Below, piece after piece: positions 24,255 to 36,718 of a DNA stretch of 64,000 bases. The notes beneath the pieces are model-generated. The model was not told the origin of the DNA. It was given only the letters and a program-made list of their open reading frames with translations, and made no database searches. The stretch is from NCBI GenBank assembly GCA_051362555.1, contig CM120641.1:30882401-30946400 (forward strand), given 5' to 3'. Source of the DNA: Lingula anatina. Lineage: Eukaryota; Animalia; Brachiopoda. Made by a program: the position numbers and the translations under genes. Numbering within the stretch: position 1 is the stretch's first letter; each line of letters starts with the position of its first letter.

Positions 24255-26127
24255 AGAGAGCTTTCGCACCTGCACGTTTAGGCGACCGACTACATTTAGC
24301 TATCTGTAACCCTAAAATGACCAACGTTTATTTTTTCGTGATTTCGCAGAAAGACACGGTTAGCCTTTACGGATAGTCGAATTGTACAGTAGGCTGAAAC
24401 ACGTTTCACGTGCTGTAAGCAGAGACGTTAAATTAGGTCATACACCAATTCAACAGGAGAATGTCCTCAGTGCGGGAATGAGGCGTGTGGGAGTTCGGAA
24501 AGTTATTGCAAAATTTTGCCTTTGTGGACTTTCGAAAGAATTAAAAAGTTCTTTTGTCTCCTCTAGCCACGCACTACTTGGTAGGGTGGCCTTCTGGTCA
24601 ACTGCCATACCTGTGTGTATGGCAATCAGACGAGTCGGTAATTTTAACTAGATCCTCCCACCTTGGAGGACTATTTAGCATTAACTGTACATGTGTACAT
24701 TGTGCGTATGGAAAATTAAAGAGTAAAATGTAAAATTCATAACGCAAGCAAACTTTTATTTAAATGAAATCTTGAATAAAAAACTAATGTTTTGACAAAA
24801 ATTCAGCCCATGTGTATCTTGTGGGCAGCAAGAGCATATTACATGTATGTCAATTCAGTTTTTTTTTAACCAAAGACATAACCATCTCCATCATTTGTTT
24901 GTCTTTCTCAATTTGAGCTTCTCGCACTTTCTTTTCTAATTCAAAGCGTTCTTTCTCGAAGGCCAACTTGTCTTTCAGGTAAAGCCTCGGTCACAACTGG
25001 ACGCACAAATTTTAGGATCGTACGTCCCCTGTGATTTTTGTGTGTTGGGGAGGCCGTGGAGGTCGTAGAGGTAGAGGAAATTCTGCCTTGCAAGTCACAA
25101 GGGTCACATGAGATGTCCTTTCCAGCAGGGACGATAATTGCAAGGAGCGATGGCCATGGAAATTGCACTCGTTTCTTGAGTTTGCCTTGCTTTCTGTGTA
25201 CAAGGCTCACACTCACCACTTACGAAGGGAATGCAACGCACGGCGAAAGTAGTGCCCTTTTCCGTCAGTTTTGCTTCACACTTGCCTCACACGTTTGTAG
25301 TGCCGTACTGACGGCGTACGTCAGTTTTGCTTCCTGTTCTCCTCTTCTTTCTTCTTCCTCTTCCCTTTTTTCTACTATGTAAGCCTCTTTCTCTTGCCTT
25401 TTGGAGGCATATTAGAAAGTAAATCCAGTAAAATTTGAAAATTTTGAAAATTGTTATACACGTAACACAGTCGACGTTCATTGTAAAGACGCGAGCGTGC
25501 GTCGTGAGCATGCCTTTTATACACCAGGCGTGGGGGTGACGCACGTGCGACGCATTCCTGGTGTGTTCTCAATTTTGCTCGTTATTTGTGAGGGCGTGCG
25601 CCTTACTCAACACTCAAAGGGCACTTGCTCCTTCATTGCTTGCGATGTGCGTCTTGCACAAAGCGCGTCTCTCTTGCTAACTCCCTGCGAGAGAAGCAAG
25701 TTACGCTTGCGGCCTCGCTGTTCGCAGGCTATTCGTAGAATCTTTTGGACATGTCCAACATCCTCCGTACGTGCTTACGTCAGATCTGACTGCTGACTGC
25801 GTTGTGGTCAGTGGAAAATGCATTTTTATGGGTATAACCTCTATTTCAATAGTAACAAAAAACACAGACACAAATAGCAGAGACAAAATGTTTCACATAT
25901 ATTGCAAAAATGAAATGTCCAATATGATTTTAGCAGAGAAATGATCAATTTTGAAAGGCTTGATTTCATAAAATTATGCTGATTTGTCAAACCATTTTTC
26001 ATTGACGGATAGCAATCTAGCTGCGGATAATGTTCTCTCTAACCGTATGTGTACATGTCACTAGACAGCAAAATATGATGACCTAAACGTAGTCGTTCGC
26101 CTAAACGTACAGGTGCGAAAGCTCTCT
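24255..26127. mobile_element. 1.9-kb non-autonomous TIR element (PIF/Harbinger-like)
   Basis: AGAGAGCTTTCGCACCTGCACGTTTAGGCGACCGACTAC pairs with GTAGTCGTTCGCCTAAACGTACAGGTGCGAAAGCTCTCT; ATT/AAT flanks. GC-richer interior with a decayed basic ORF (MPPKGKRKRL) on the minus strand. Confidence 0.7.
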
Positions 26128-27264
26128 AATTTTCATCAGAATGGCTTGACATTTTTACTGTTGATACATGTAGAAAACATATATGCAAGTGCATCATTAA
26201 AGTTGTGACTTTGTTGTTAAAATAATGTTATATTGCATCAAAAATGACAAAATAATCCATTTTGGGCATCATTATTTTGTTTTTTGTCTGCACATTTGAC
26301 AGCTTTGCTACCTTGTTTGTTGTTAGATAGTGTCGCATACTATTGTTTTCAACTAACTTAAGATTATAGAAAGATAACTGTATGATGAAGCCATTTATCA
26401 GTAAAAGTTGTTTGATTTGTTCATTTGAGGAATGTATCTGTCAAATTGCTCACATGTATATTCTTTCAAAATGACTTTTTTGTTTTCATGTGATAATATC
26501 AACTGTTTCTTGTCGGGGACCAAACTGGATTTGGTCTGTTGATGGTAATGACAAGTTGCAGTTCTTCCATATTTATATACAAGGATGCATTGATACATTT
26601 TCATGCAGGATTTTGTGGTTACATGCCAACACTACAAATAAGGATTCTAAAGTAGTGGCTAAATATTTCTTTGACACTGTGAAGACTGTAAAAGGTAAGT
26701 ATCATTTAATCCTAAGTTAAAGTGGTAACCACTACAGAATAATCTTGCTTTCAACACTTTCAATGCTTTTCCCTGTTTCTGATATTATTAATTCCAAATT
26801 ACTGTGTGTATATAATTGATTTTACCCTACTTAGGACTAACCACATACTCACACATGGCACCACAAAACCAAGGCACACGAATGACTGCAGACACTGCGG
26901 ATACATGCATATAATGTACTGTTTTAAGTAAAAGCCAATTTGAAAAACTTTCCCTTATCCAACAGCACACTTTATATTTACCCATTTGTCACAAGGATAT
27001 CCATTAAAGCCTGTAGTTCGTTCAAGCATTATTCTGATGTCATGCATTTATTTCAGAAAATAGAGTGTTTCTGGTCAACTTTCCTAAAGAGTTTTAATCC
27101 ATTGGCAGGAATAGTAAGTAGATATCTTTGGGTAGTTTCTGCTTTTCCCAGTCATTTAACTTCCATAGGATTTATTAGGATAATCAAGAGTTTCTTAAAC
27201 ATCCCACTAACAACATGTTTACTACAAAATATATTTATGATGATAAACTGGTTATTATAAGTAA

Positions 27265-28391
27265 TACCCCGTCACACTTATTTGGAATCAGCAGGAATGA
27301 AGAAGAATGAGCCCTAATGAAGAATTTTTAAAATTCGAACCACATTCGGGGGAAATTTCAAATTGACCTTAATTATTGTAAGAGAACCGTTGGAATACTC
27401 AGAATGCGCTTGAATTGGCCTGGAATGATGAGTGCATTTTCGACTGTGTAGCTCTCAAAAGCAGTTCGAATGCAGTTGGAAAACTAGGAATATTTATAAT
27501 GCTGTAAGAAGGCAGCAAGAATATTTAGAATATACTTTGAACGGCGCACTAGTGTAGTTCGATGGCTGGCAAAATCAATATTTCAGCTCATCCGAGGCAC
27601 ATTAGAAACATTCTGGCAGAGTATAAAATTCCTGTCACACTAGAGGCGGAATGATTAAGAATGGCGTCGGAAATACAATTCTTTGTGCATTCCAGGATAT
27701 TAGAATAGCATTCTAAAAACATTCTAAAAATTCTGAGTGCATTCCAAATATTTTTACCCATTCTTGTGGCCGGCTCAAATGTTTTTGTCATGTCAAAAAC
27801 TTTCGAAGTGCATTCCAAGAGGAAATTTATCGCAATATCCCTACAGTATTCCAACTACATTCGAGCTGCATTTGAGAGGTAAAATACCTGGAATGTGCAA
27901 GAATCATTCCAGGCGGGTTCGATGTGCATTTTTAGTATTCCAGAGGCATTCTTACAAAGCCGTAATATTTTATGATAATTTTAAATTCCCTCTCGAATAT
28001 GGCACAAATTTTTTAATTTAGTAATTCCGGCTTGATTCCTACTGATTTCGAATAAGTTTGACAGGGGCTTTAAGTAACTTGTCAGCTAGTTCAAATATTC
28101 TTCTAATGTTATCAGAATGTTTTGAATGCCGTCGGAATGCCGTGAGAATATTTAGAATGCAGTCATAGTGCAGTTAGAATACTGTTCAAATGCCATTCAA
28201 TAAATTTCCACTTGGAATGCACTTCGAAAGTTTTTGACATGACAAAAACATTTGGAATGCCACAAGAATGGGTAAAAATATTTAGAATGCACTCGGAATT
28301 TTTAGAATGCTCTTCGAATATCCAGGAGCGCACAAAGAATTGTCTTTCCGACGGCATTCTTGCTCATTCCGCCTCTAGTGTGACAGGGGTA
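27265..28391. mobile_element. Tourist/Harbinger-like MITE (TAA TSD) containing an inverted copy of the same family
   Basis: TAA|TACCCCGTCACACT ... AGTGTGACAGGGGTA|TAA. The inner copy (~27628-28069) starts with the reverse complement of the right end and ends with the reverse complement of the left end. GAAT/ATTC-rich subterminal repeats. Confidence 0.75.
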
Positions 28392-29564
28392 TAAGAAAAA
28401 GCATTTCCATTACTCATGGATAACAAGGTTTATATTATTAAAAACTATTTAGTTCAGAAACTTCCAAACAGCATTTCTTCCAAAATGTGCAAAGATTTAA
28501 AAAAAAAGAGGTCATACTTATTATGTTATGATTAAGAAATGTTTCTTTTTATGATGATAATAGTACCTTAACATTGAATTACAAAAAAAAAAAAATAAAT
28601 AAATAAAATAAATAAATAATAATAATAATAATTACGGCTTATTTTTCAAATTGGTTTCAAGTTAAGTAATATCATAGAATGACTGATAAATTCACAAGTA
28701 TTATACTTTTCAGGGTTTGCACAGAGATGGTTGGTATGACAGACACAGTAGCATTGACAAGTGGTGCATGGTATTTGTTTACTTGCCTGATACCTGATAT
28801 AGATGCATTTCAACTATGGTGGAACAACCAGAAAATAAGACACCAAAGGCAGGTGTGTTTACCCAATGGTGCTGCTCCAAATGACATATATGCATTTCCA
28901 CATTTATATGGTAAATTTGGCAATTTCAGTTACATGTTCAGCATTTAAAAGATTGAAATATTTAAAACTCAAAACATTTTTGTAATAATCAATCTTTTAC
29001 TTTAAATATATACACATAGTCAATTTTACACATTTAGAGAAAACACTAATGTGCCAAATTAAATCTTATGGCTCACAATGTTTGTGAGACATTAGCTATT
29101 TGACTAAATGGAACAACTGGCTTAAGGTATATCAACCTACCTTGTTTTACATATCTTATGCAATATATATTTGCAGGCGGTCGCCAGTGTGGATTCACTG
29201 TCAGTGATAGAATTTTGGCAGAAGCTGCGCAAGAAAAAACACTGAACTATGAACAATCTGCTCATGTGCCATAGGACTTCTATAATGGAGCAATAGAAAT
29301 ATCCAATGCAGAAGAGTGTTACATTCAACTAAGGAGACACTTAACCTAGAAAGATCTGCATAACAGTAATCTATATATGTGTTAAATGTAATAGTAAAAT
29401 TTCTGCACCAACCTGCAAATTCCAAATTGCTGTACAGTAAAAAAGGGAAAAAAGAAAACAAAGAATCACAAAATAAGGTTATTTTCCTCTTTTTGATACA
29501 TTAATACAATGTGAAACAGGTTACACAACCCATTTTTATGGAATCACAAGTTCTGTAAGACTAA

Positions 29565-29755
29565 GACCCCATTCCCAGAGATCAGATCGATCTACTTTAG
29601 ATCAACCTAACTCCCTGGGGGTTCACGCTAAATAGCTGTCAGCCCCCTTAAAGCTTGTAGGACACGGGACGGACATTTAAGCCAGATTATCTGACAGTAA
29701 TCTAGTGAGACTCCCCACGGGGATAGATCGATCTAAAAGCTCTTGGAATATGCCC
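29565..29755. mobile_element. 191-bp Tourist-like MITE, TAA TSD
   Basis: GACCCCATTCCCAGAG pairs imperfectly with CTCTTGGAATATGCCC. TAA on both flanks. Internal AGATCGATCT palindromes. Confidence 0.6.
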
Positions 29756-29829
29756 TAAAAGGTAAATCGGTTTTCCATTGATGGTGTTATCTCGATCTTT
29801 ATGTGCATGAAGATGATGGTGTCACTTCT

Positions 29830-32800
29830 ATGTCAGTAAATAAAAATTCTACCACTTTTCATTAAACTTGACATAATTCAGTCTCTATCCCAGCACAGCT
29901 GTCAAAAGTACAGAAAAAAAGAATAAAATAATGCACAAAGTGGGTAACTGTCAATACTGATGCAAAATACACTGTACTTAACAGGAAAGTCAACAGCATT
30001 GCAGGTTATATGGCCATTTGGAATGTTACTAGCAGACCCATGGCAGTTTAAGTTCACTTTGAATATGCTAGTAAGAGAAATATGAAATATGAAAATCCAA
30101 TCAAGCTGGTTTTCCAATTTGATCTGTTTGTATTAGGATTATTATTGAATTTTCAAAATAATATGTAACTGTTTTTTCTTTATAATGTTACTATTGGCAG
30201 TGCACAATTTTTTTTACCAAATCTGATACAATTTTATGTAATGATACAATCTTGAACTATCTGCTATAAGTATAATGTATAAAAAGGTCACTGCCATTTG
30301 GCTTCATGCCTTTGGGGGTTAAATCCCACAAAAAAATGCCAATACGTAAAAAATATAGAACGCACATAGGCAGTCAAACTGGTGCAACTCTAGGTACAAT
30401 TCAGACCAAGAATCCTTTCAGCAGGTTTGAGAGCCACGAGTAGCATGGCTTTCATTCAGTGGTCATTATCTGTGGTGACAGTGACCAAAATTTATTTTTC
30501 CTCAATTTTGATGCTTTATTACATAATGCATAAGAGCATAATCACCACCAATTCTTAATTATGCAATGCAGTTAAAATAGTATTTATAAAAAATTTTATT
30601 AGCAAAGGTCTTCAGGCCCATGATATTTGAAAATACCACTGTGTACACAATAGAGATCTATACCTAATGAGTTTACTTCCATTTTCAACAACTTAATAAA
30701 TAATAAACATTAATCAGTTTAATTTAAATTATTGTTTTTATTTTCATCAAGAGCTTATGAAATATTTCTGTGACTGTCAGTCACCATCGTCAGGGAGTAA
30801 ATGACTATTGTCCAGGTGGGGAGGATGTAACAGTTACAACACAAGGCCAGTGATTAGGGGCAATACAAAATGACTTATGTTTATTTCTCTGGCTGAGAGA
30901 TCTGGAGTCTCCTAAGACAGCGTGGACAATCCTGACCAAACTCACTCTGAGCTCTGATCTCCAATCTCTGCTCTCTAATACAAAGTTATTCTCCTTATGT
31001 AGTAATACACACAAAATACATTACAGTGAATCCTAAAACAAGTCACAGATATTGAAGCCATTTAACAGGATTAAGACATATTACTAGAGACCTTTAATAT
31101 AATTAAAGTCAGACTGGTTTAAACTTTAATTTGGGGATGAAGCTGTAAATAAAGTTATTCAATCCTATTAAAACAGAAAACATCCTTTAAATCTTGGTTA
31201 CAGTTCTTTCCAATGAATAACATACATAAACAGATTCATATAATATCATTATGAAGGAGACATCGATCTAATAGTCTGGATGACTGGTGCTATATTTTGG
31301 CCAAATTGCTCAAAATGTGGAAAAAGCATGAAACTTGGCACAAATGTTCTTTGGTCTATGCTGATCATTTTCAAGGGCAGTGCCCAAAATTTCAAAGTGT
31401 TGCTTAGCAACTGTTGCTATGGAAGTGAATTTCCTTAATAACAAGCTAATTAGACCTTTCTTGTCCAGTTTAAATGGTTGAGAAATGCTAATAACTATGT
31501 TTCAGGGCATCAGAACTATCATTAGACTATTTTAAGGCAATTAAAACCCAAATTAACCTTAGCCACAATTGCTAGGCAGCATATATATTACCCTAGCAAC
31601 AAGCATTTAAAGTTGCGTTAGTCTATTAAGTAAGGCAAATCTATAATACTAGCTAAGAACTACACTTTTGAGCAAGATGTTCATACTTTTAATCCAATAA
31701 GTTGAAACAATTGTGTGATTTTTACACACACCCGATCAAAAACATTGCCAGTGCAGATACTTAAGGCAGCATGTTCAAAGTTAGTAACCAGCCATTTCCA
31801 TGCTTTTATCACCTTACGACTCTTTATAAAACTTATATAAAACTTATATAGTTAAGATGTTAAATTCTCCCTTGTATGTGCAATATACAGTGCATTTTGC
31901 CCTTGCACATTGTCAGCCTCTACATCTGCACCTACATGCACACTGGAGCAACTCTGGGCAGGTCAATAGCTTCTGGCAAATGTGTCCACAAGGGTCCACT
32001 GTTCCGCACAAGTCCAACCAGAGTGAGCACATGGTATCTGATGACATGGCACCATAGTGCTGATTCAGATATGTTCATCTTGCAAGAATACTCTTATATT
32101 GTTGTAGAGCAGCCTTGGTGGAAGTAAGATATGGCATCAAACAGCCTTTGGGTGTGAACAGAAACTTTTGAACTTCATTGATTAACAAAAATAATTAAAA
32201 TAGAACCATGCAGGTAGAGGTACTTGGTAGAGAATAGAAACTGACAAAATACAATGTGAAAAAACTTTTTAGAAAAATTTTGAACAAAATGAAAAATATC
32301 TTGGAAATCTGGTCTCTGAGAAACCTTCCTATAATAGCAAAGTCAACAGTGGTTAAACCTTAAGCATTTCTCATCTTACATAGTGCATGTATAAACTCTC
32401 CTACCAGCCCCCCCTCCCTCAATACTTAAAAATATGCATATCATATTTAACTTTATCAGGAATGGGAAAAGATACAAAATAAAATGAGCAAGGATGGCGT
32501 CTGATTACAAAAATAGACGGTAAAAGGTACCGCAAATAAAAATTTTACCAAGGCCCTAAACTTTGCATGGCTTAAAAGACTTCTTTATGAAGAAAATAAG
32601 AGTAAGTGGAGAGCGTTTTTCTCGGCGAAATGTCAGGAATCGGTAGTAACAAAAGGTGGATGAAAAATACTAAAAACAACTTCTTATCCCTTTTGGCAAA
32701 GATTATTGGTTCTTTGAGTGAAATTCAGGAAAATTTCAATTTAACCCCAGATGAAATCCTTTCACAACCATTATGTCAAAACTCAAAAATTGAAAGAAAC

Positions 32801-33103
32801 TGAAAAACTATGTAAAAATGTTTTTTTTTTTATATCAATGATATTATAAATGACATTAGAAATCCCCTCTGTCTAGAGGAACTCAACAAAAAATCAACCT
32901 TAACACTAACTTTCTGGGCTAATTCAGCATCCAAAAGAGCTTACCATCTGAATGGCTATCTCTTCCCATGGAAGGAAATTACTCATAGCATTCCAAGAAA
33001 TAATTGACTCAATTAAACAAGTTACCAAACCATCCAGATATCTTTTCGCAAAAAATCCTCCAAAGCCTCCAAATCCATCCTCCTCTCCATGTTCATTCGC
33101 CAT
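29830..33103 (-). pseudogene. Second, convergent spliced gene of the IS3EU-like element (possible HECT-like C-terminus)
   Basis: Exon 1 MANEHGEEDG..WEEIAIQM|gtaag (33103-32945). Later fragments read LTAYVRSIFF..FFVGFNP (~30320-30390), IPNGHITCNAVDFP (~29985-30025) and NYVKFNEKW (~29850-29880). Heavily decayed. Confidence 0.4.
31272..32190 (-). mobile_element. Truncated Academ-type fragment (3' end plus Cys-rich C-terminus)
   Basis: TAGTCTGGATGA terminus at 31272. The minus strand reads INEVQKFLFTPKG..LTSTKAALQQ...CPELLQCACRCRCRG*QCARAKCTVYC, matching the LPPT..AL / ELxxCxCxxxCxxxCxCxKxxxxCTxLC C-terminus of Academ-associated proteins. Confidence 0.6.
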
Positions 33104-33338
33104 GCTTTTGTTCTCGCACTTTCGCGCGAAATTTCGTTTTTTTTTTTTTAATTTCATCTTGAAAATGAAACACAATTGATCTCACGGAATTTTGCGTGAC
33201 CACGCAGGATTATGCACGATCTCACAGGATTACACGCTATCTCACAAATTTCACAACTTTTCTTTTCATTTCAAATGTGTATCGATTTTTTTTTCAATTT
33301 AATTATTTTTTTCTGCTTGGCCCTCCTGGGATTCTAAA

Positions 33339-36300
33339 GACAACACCATCATGCAGAGTAACGGTAATGATTACAAACAAATAGAGTGACAGAACTGACA
33401 TACACAGTGCTCACAATAAATACAAACACAAACATTAACAACACCAACAAACAGAGTAATCAAAATAAATAGAAACAAACACAGTCATAAAACAGAAATA
33501 CACAGTGATTAGAAAAAAAATTTCACATGTACATTGACAATAGTAACGTGCACTGTAATGATAATGAACACAAGGGAAAAAGAGTGAAAACGAAGTCATA
33601 CACAGTCATCTCAATATGAACAAACACATTCAGTAATAATACAGAATAGACACAGCAAACAATATAAACAGACATATCGATATACAGTGACAACACCATC
33701 ATGCAGAGTAATAATATTGAATAAAAACAAATAAGAATGACAAAACTGATGACATAGTGCTCACAATAAATACAAACACAAACAGTAACAACAACAACAA
33801 ACACAGTAATCAAAATAAATACAAACAATAAAGTCAAAATACAGACATACACAGTGATCAGAAAAAATTTTTGACATGTACGGTGACAACAGTAACGTAC
33901 ATAGTATCAAGAAAGAAGACCAGGAAAAAAGAGTGAAAACATAACCCTACACATACAGTCATCACAATATACAAATACATTCAGTTACAATACAGAATAG
34001 ACACAGCAAACGTAAGATAAACAACGTGCACAATAATCAAAATGAATACAAACAAACACAGTCACAATACAGACATACTCAGTGATCAGAATAAATTTTA
34101 ACATGTACAGTGGCAACACAACCATGCACAGTAACACGAAAACACAAATTAATAGGGTGATTACACAGTTATACACAGTGATCACAATATATATACAAAC
34201 ACATATGACAATACAGAATGGAAACAGGTATCAGAGTATAAACAGACACATAAACTATGATGACACTAACAACAACAACATACACAGTTAAAATAATGAC
34301 TAGAAATAAATAAAATGACAAAACTGACATCCACAATGCTGACAATAACGATAAACACAGACAATGCCAACACTAAAATGCACAGTAATCAAAATGACTA
34401 CAAACAAATAGAGTGGCAATTAAAACTGACATACACAGTGCTCACTATAAATACAAACACGAACAGTAACAACACCAACAAACACAGTAATCAAAATAAA
34501 TACAAAAAAAAAACAAAAAAACAAAAAAAAAAACAGTCAAAATACAGACATGCACAGTGATCAGAATAATAAATTTTGACATGTACAGTGACAACAGTAA
34601 TGTTCAATGTAATGAGAATAAACACAAGGAAAAAGAGTGAAAACGAAGTCGTACACAGTCATCTCAATATGAACAAACACATTCAGTAATAATACAGAAT
34701 AGACACAGCAAACAATATAAACAGACATATAGATATACAGTGACAACACCATCATGCAGAGTAATAATATTGAATAAAAACAAATAAGAGTGACAAAACT
34801 GACTTACATAGTGCTAACAATAAATACAAACAAAAACAGTCACAATACAGACATACACAGTGTACAGTGACAACAGTAACGTTCATCGTAAAAAGAAAGA
34901 AGACAAGGAAAAAGATTGAAAATATAGCAGTACACAGTCATCGCAATATATACAAATTTTTCAGTAACAATACAGAATAGACACAACAAACATAAGATAA
35001 ACAGACACACAGGCATACAGTGACAACACCATCATGTACATCATAGTAAAAGTAATGATTACGAACAAATAGAGTGACAAACTGACATACGCAGTGATCA
35101 AAATAAATATTAACATGCACAGTGATAATAGTAGCGGGCACTGCAATGACAATGAACACAAGGAAAAAGAGTGAAAACATAGACGTAAATAGTCATCACA
35201 GAATATAAACACATTCAGTAACAATACAGAAGACACACAACAGACAGAATATAAAAAGACACATGCACAGTGTTCAGTGACAACAGTAACGTACATCGTA
35301 AAAAGAAAAAAGACAAGGAAAAAGAGTAAAAAACAAAGCCGTACACAGTCACCACAATATAAACAGACACATAGATATATAGTGAACAAAATCATCATGC
35401 AGAGTAGTAGTAATGATTATAAACAAATAGAGTGACAAAACTAACAGACAAAGTGCTCATAATAAATACAAACACAAACAGTGACAACACAAACAGGCAC
35501 AGTAATCAAATGAAATACAAACAAATACAGTCAAAATACAGACATAAACAGTGATCAGAATAAATTTTTGACATGTACAGTGACAACAGTAACGTACATC
35601 ATAAAAAGAAAGAAGACAAGGAAAAAGATTGAAAACACAGAAGTACACAGTCATCGCAATATATACAAAACATTCAGTAACAATACAGAATAGACACAGC
35701 AAACATAAGATAAACAGACAGACAGGCATACAGTGACAACACCATCATGCAGAGTAATAGTAATGATTACAAACAAATAGAGTGACAAAACTGACATACA
35801 CAGTGCTCACAATAAATACAAACACAAACAGTAACAACACTAAAAACAGAGTAATCAAAATAAATAGAAACAAACACAGTCACAAAACAGACATACACAG
35901 TGATTAGAAAAAAAATTCACATGTACAGTGACAACAGTAATGTTCAAAGTGATGAGAATAAACACAAGAAAAACGAGTGAAAACGAAGTCGTAAGCAGTC
36001 ATCTCAATATGAACAAACACATTCAGTTATAATACAGAATACACACAGCAAACAATATAAACAGACATATAGATATACAGTGACAACACCATCATGCAGA
36101 GTAATAATAATGAATAAAAACAAATAAGAGTGACAAAACTGACGTACATAGTGTTCAATATAAATACAAACACAAACAGTAACAACACCAACAAACACAG
36201 TAATCAAAATAAATACAAACAAAAACAGTCACAATATAGACATACACAATGATCAAAATAAATTTTGACGTGTACAGTGACAACAGTAACGTTCACCATG

Positions 36301-36718
36301 AGAATGAACACAAGGGATAAAAGTAAAAAATATAGCCACACACAGTCATCACAATATATACAAACACATTCAGTAACGAAACACAGCAAACATAAGATAA
36401 ACAAACACACAGGCATACAGTGACAACACCAACATGCACAGTAATAGTAATGATTACGAACAAATAGAGTGACAAACTGACATACACCGTTATCAAAATA
36501 AATATTAACATGTACAGTGATCATAGTAGCGTGCACTGCAATGAGAATGAACACAAGGAAAAAGAGTGAAAACATAAACATAATTAGTCATCACAGAATA
36601 TAAACACATTCAGTAACAATACAGAATAGACAACAGACAGAATATAAACAGACACATAGAGATATATAAGATAAACAAACACACAGGTATACAGTGACAA
36701 CACAATCATGCAGAGTAA
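33339..36718 (+). repeat. Complex satellite block
   Basis: Same modules. Contains the empty-site paralogue of the DIRS target (AATT at 36582-36585). Confidence 0.9.

Larger units (their letters stand above)
20935..29300 (+). pseudogene. Multi-exon integrase-core (IS3/IS481-related) transposase, decayed
   Basis: Exon-like pieces with GT/AG ends: Cys-rich N-terminus MAEEATVCLKCQHC..CKSCAC (20935-21042); CNKRQCQCPGY..CVKCGHLPIDH (22315-22519); SERTLKRRLNVLEIKRHK (~23627-23702); GPNWIWSVDGNDKLQFFHIYIQGCIDTFSCRILWL (~26516-26694); KIECFWSTF (~27057); DIDAFQLWWNNQKIRHQ..PNGAAPNDIYAFP (~28714-28910). In-frame stops present. Confidence 0.8.
20716..33338 (+). mobile_element. IS3EU-like DNA transposon (12.6 kb including nested insertions), 6-bp TSD GACAAC
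   Basis: TIR TATGGAATCCCAGGAGGGCCAAG pairs with CTTGGCCCTCCTGGGATTCTAAA. GACAAC at 20710-20715 and 33339-33344, with the satellite resuming in register. Contains integrase-core DDE exons and a second, convergent gene. Confidence 0.75.
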
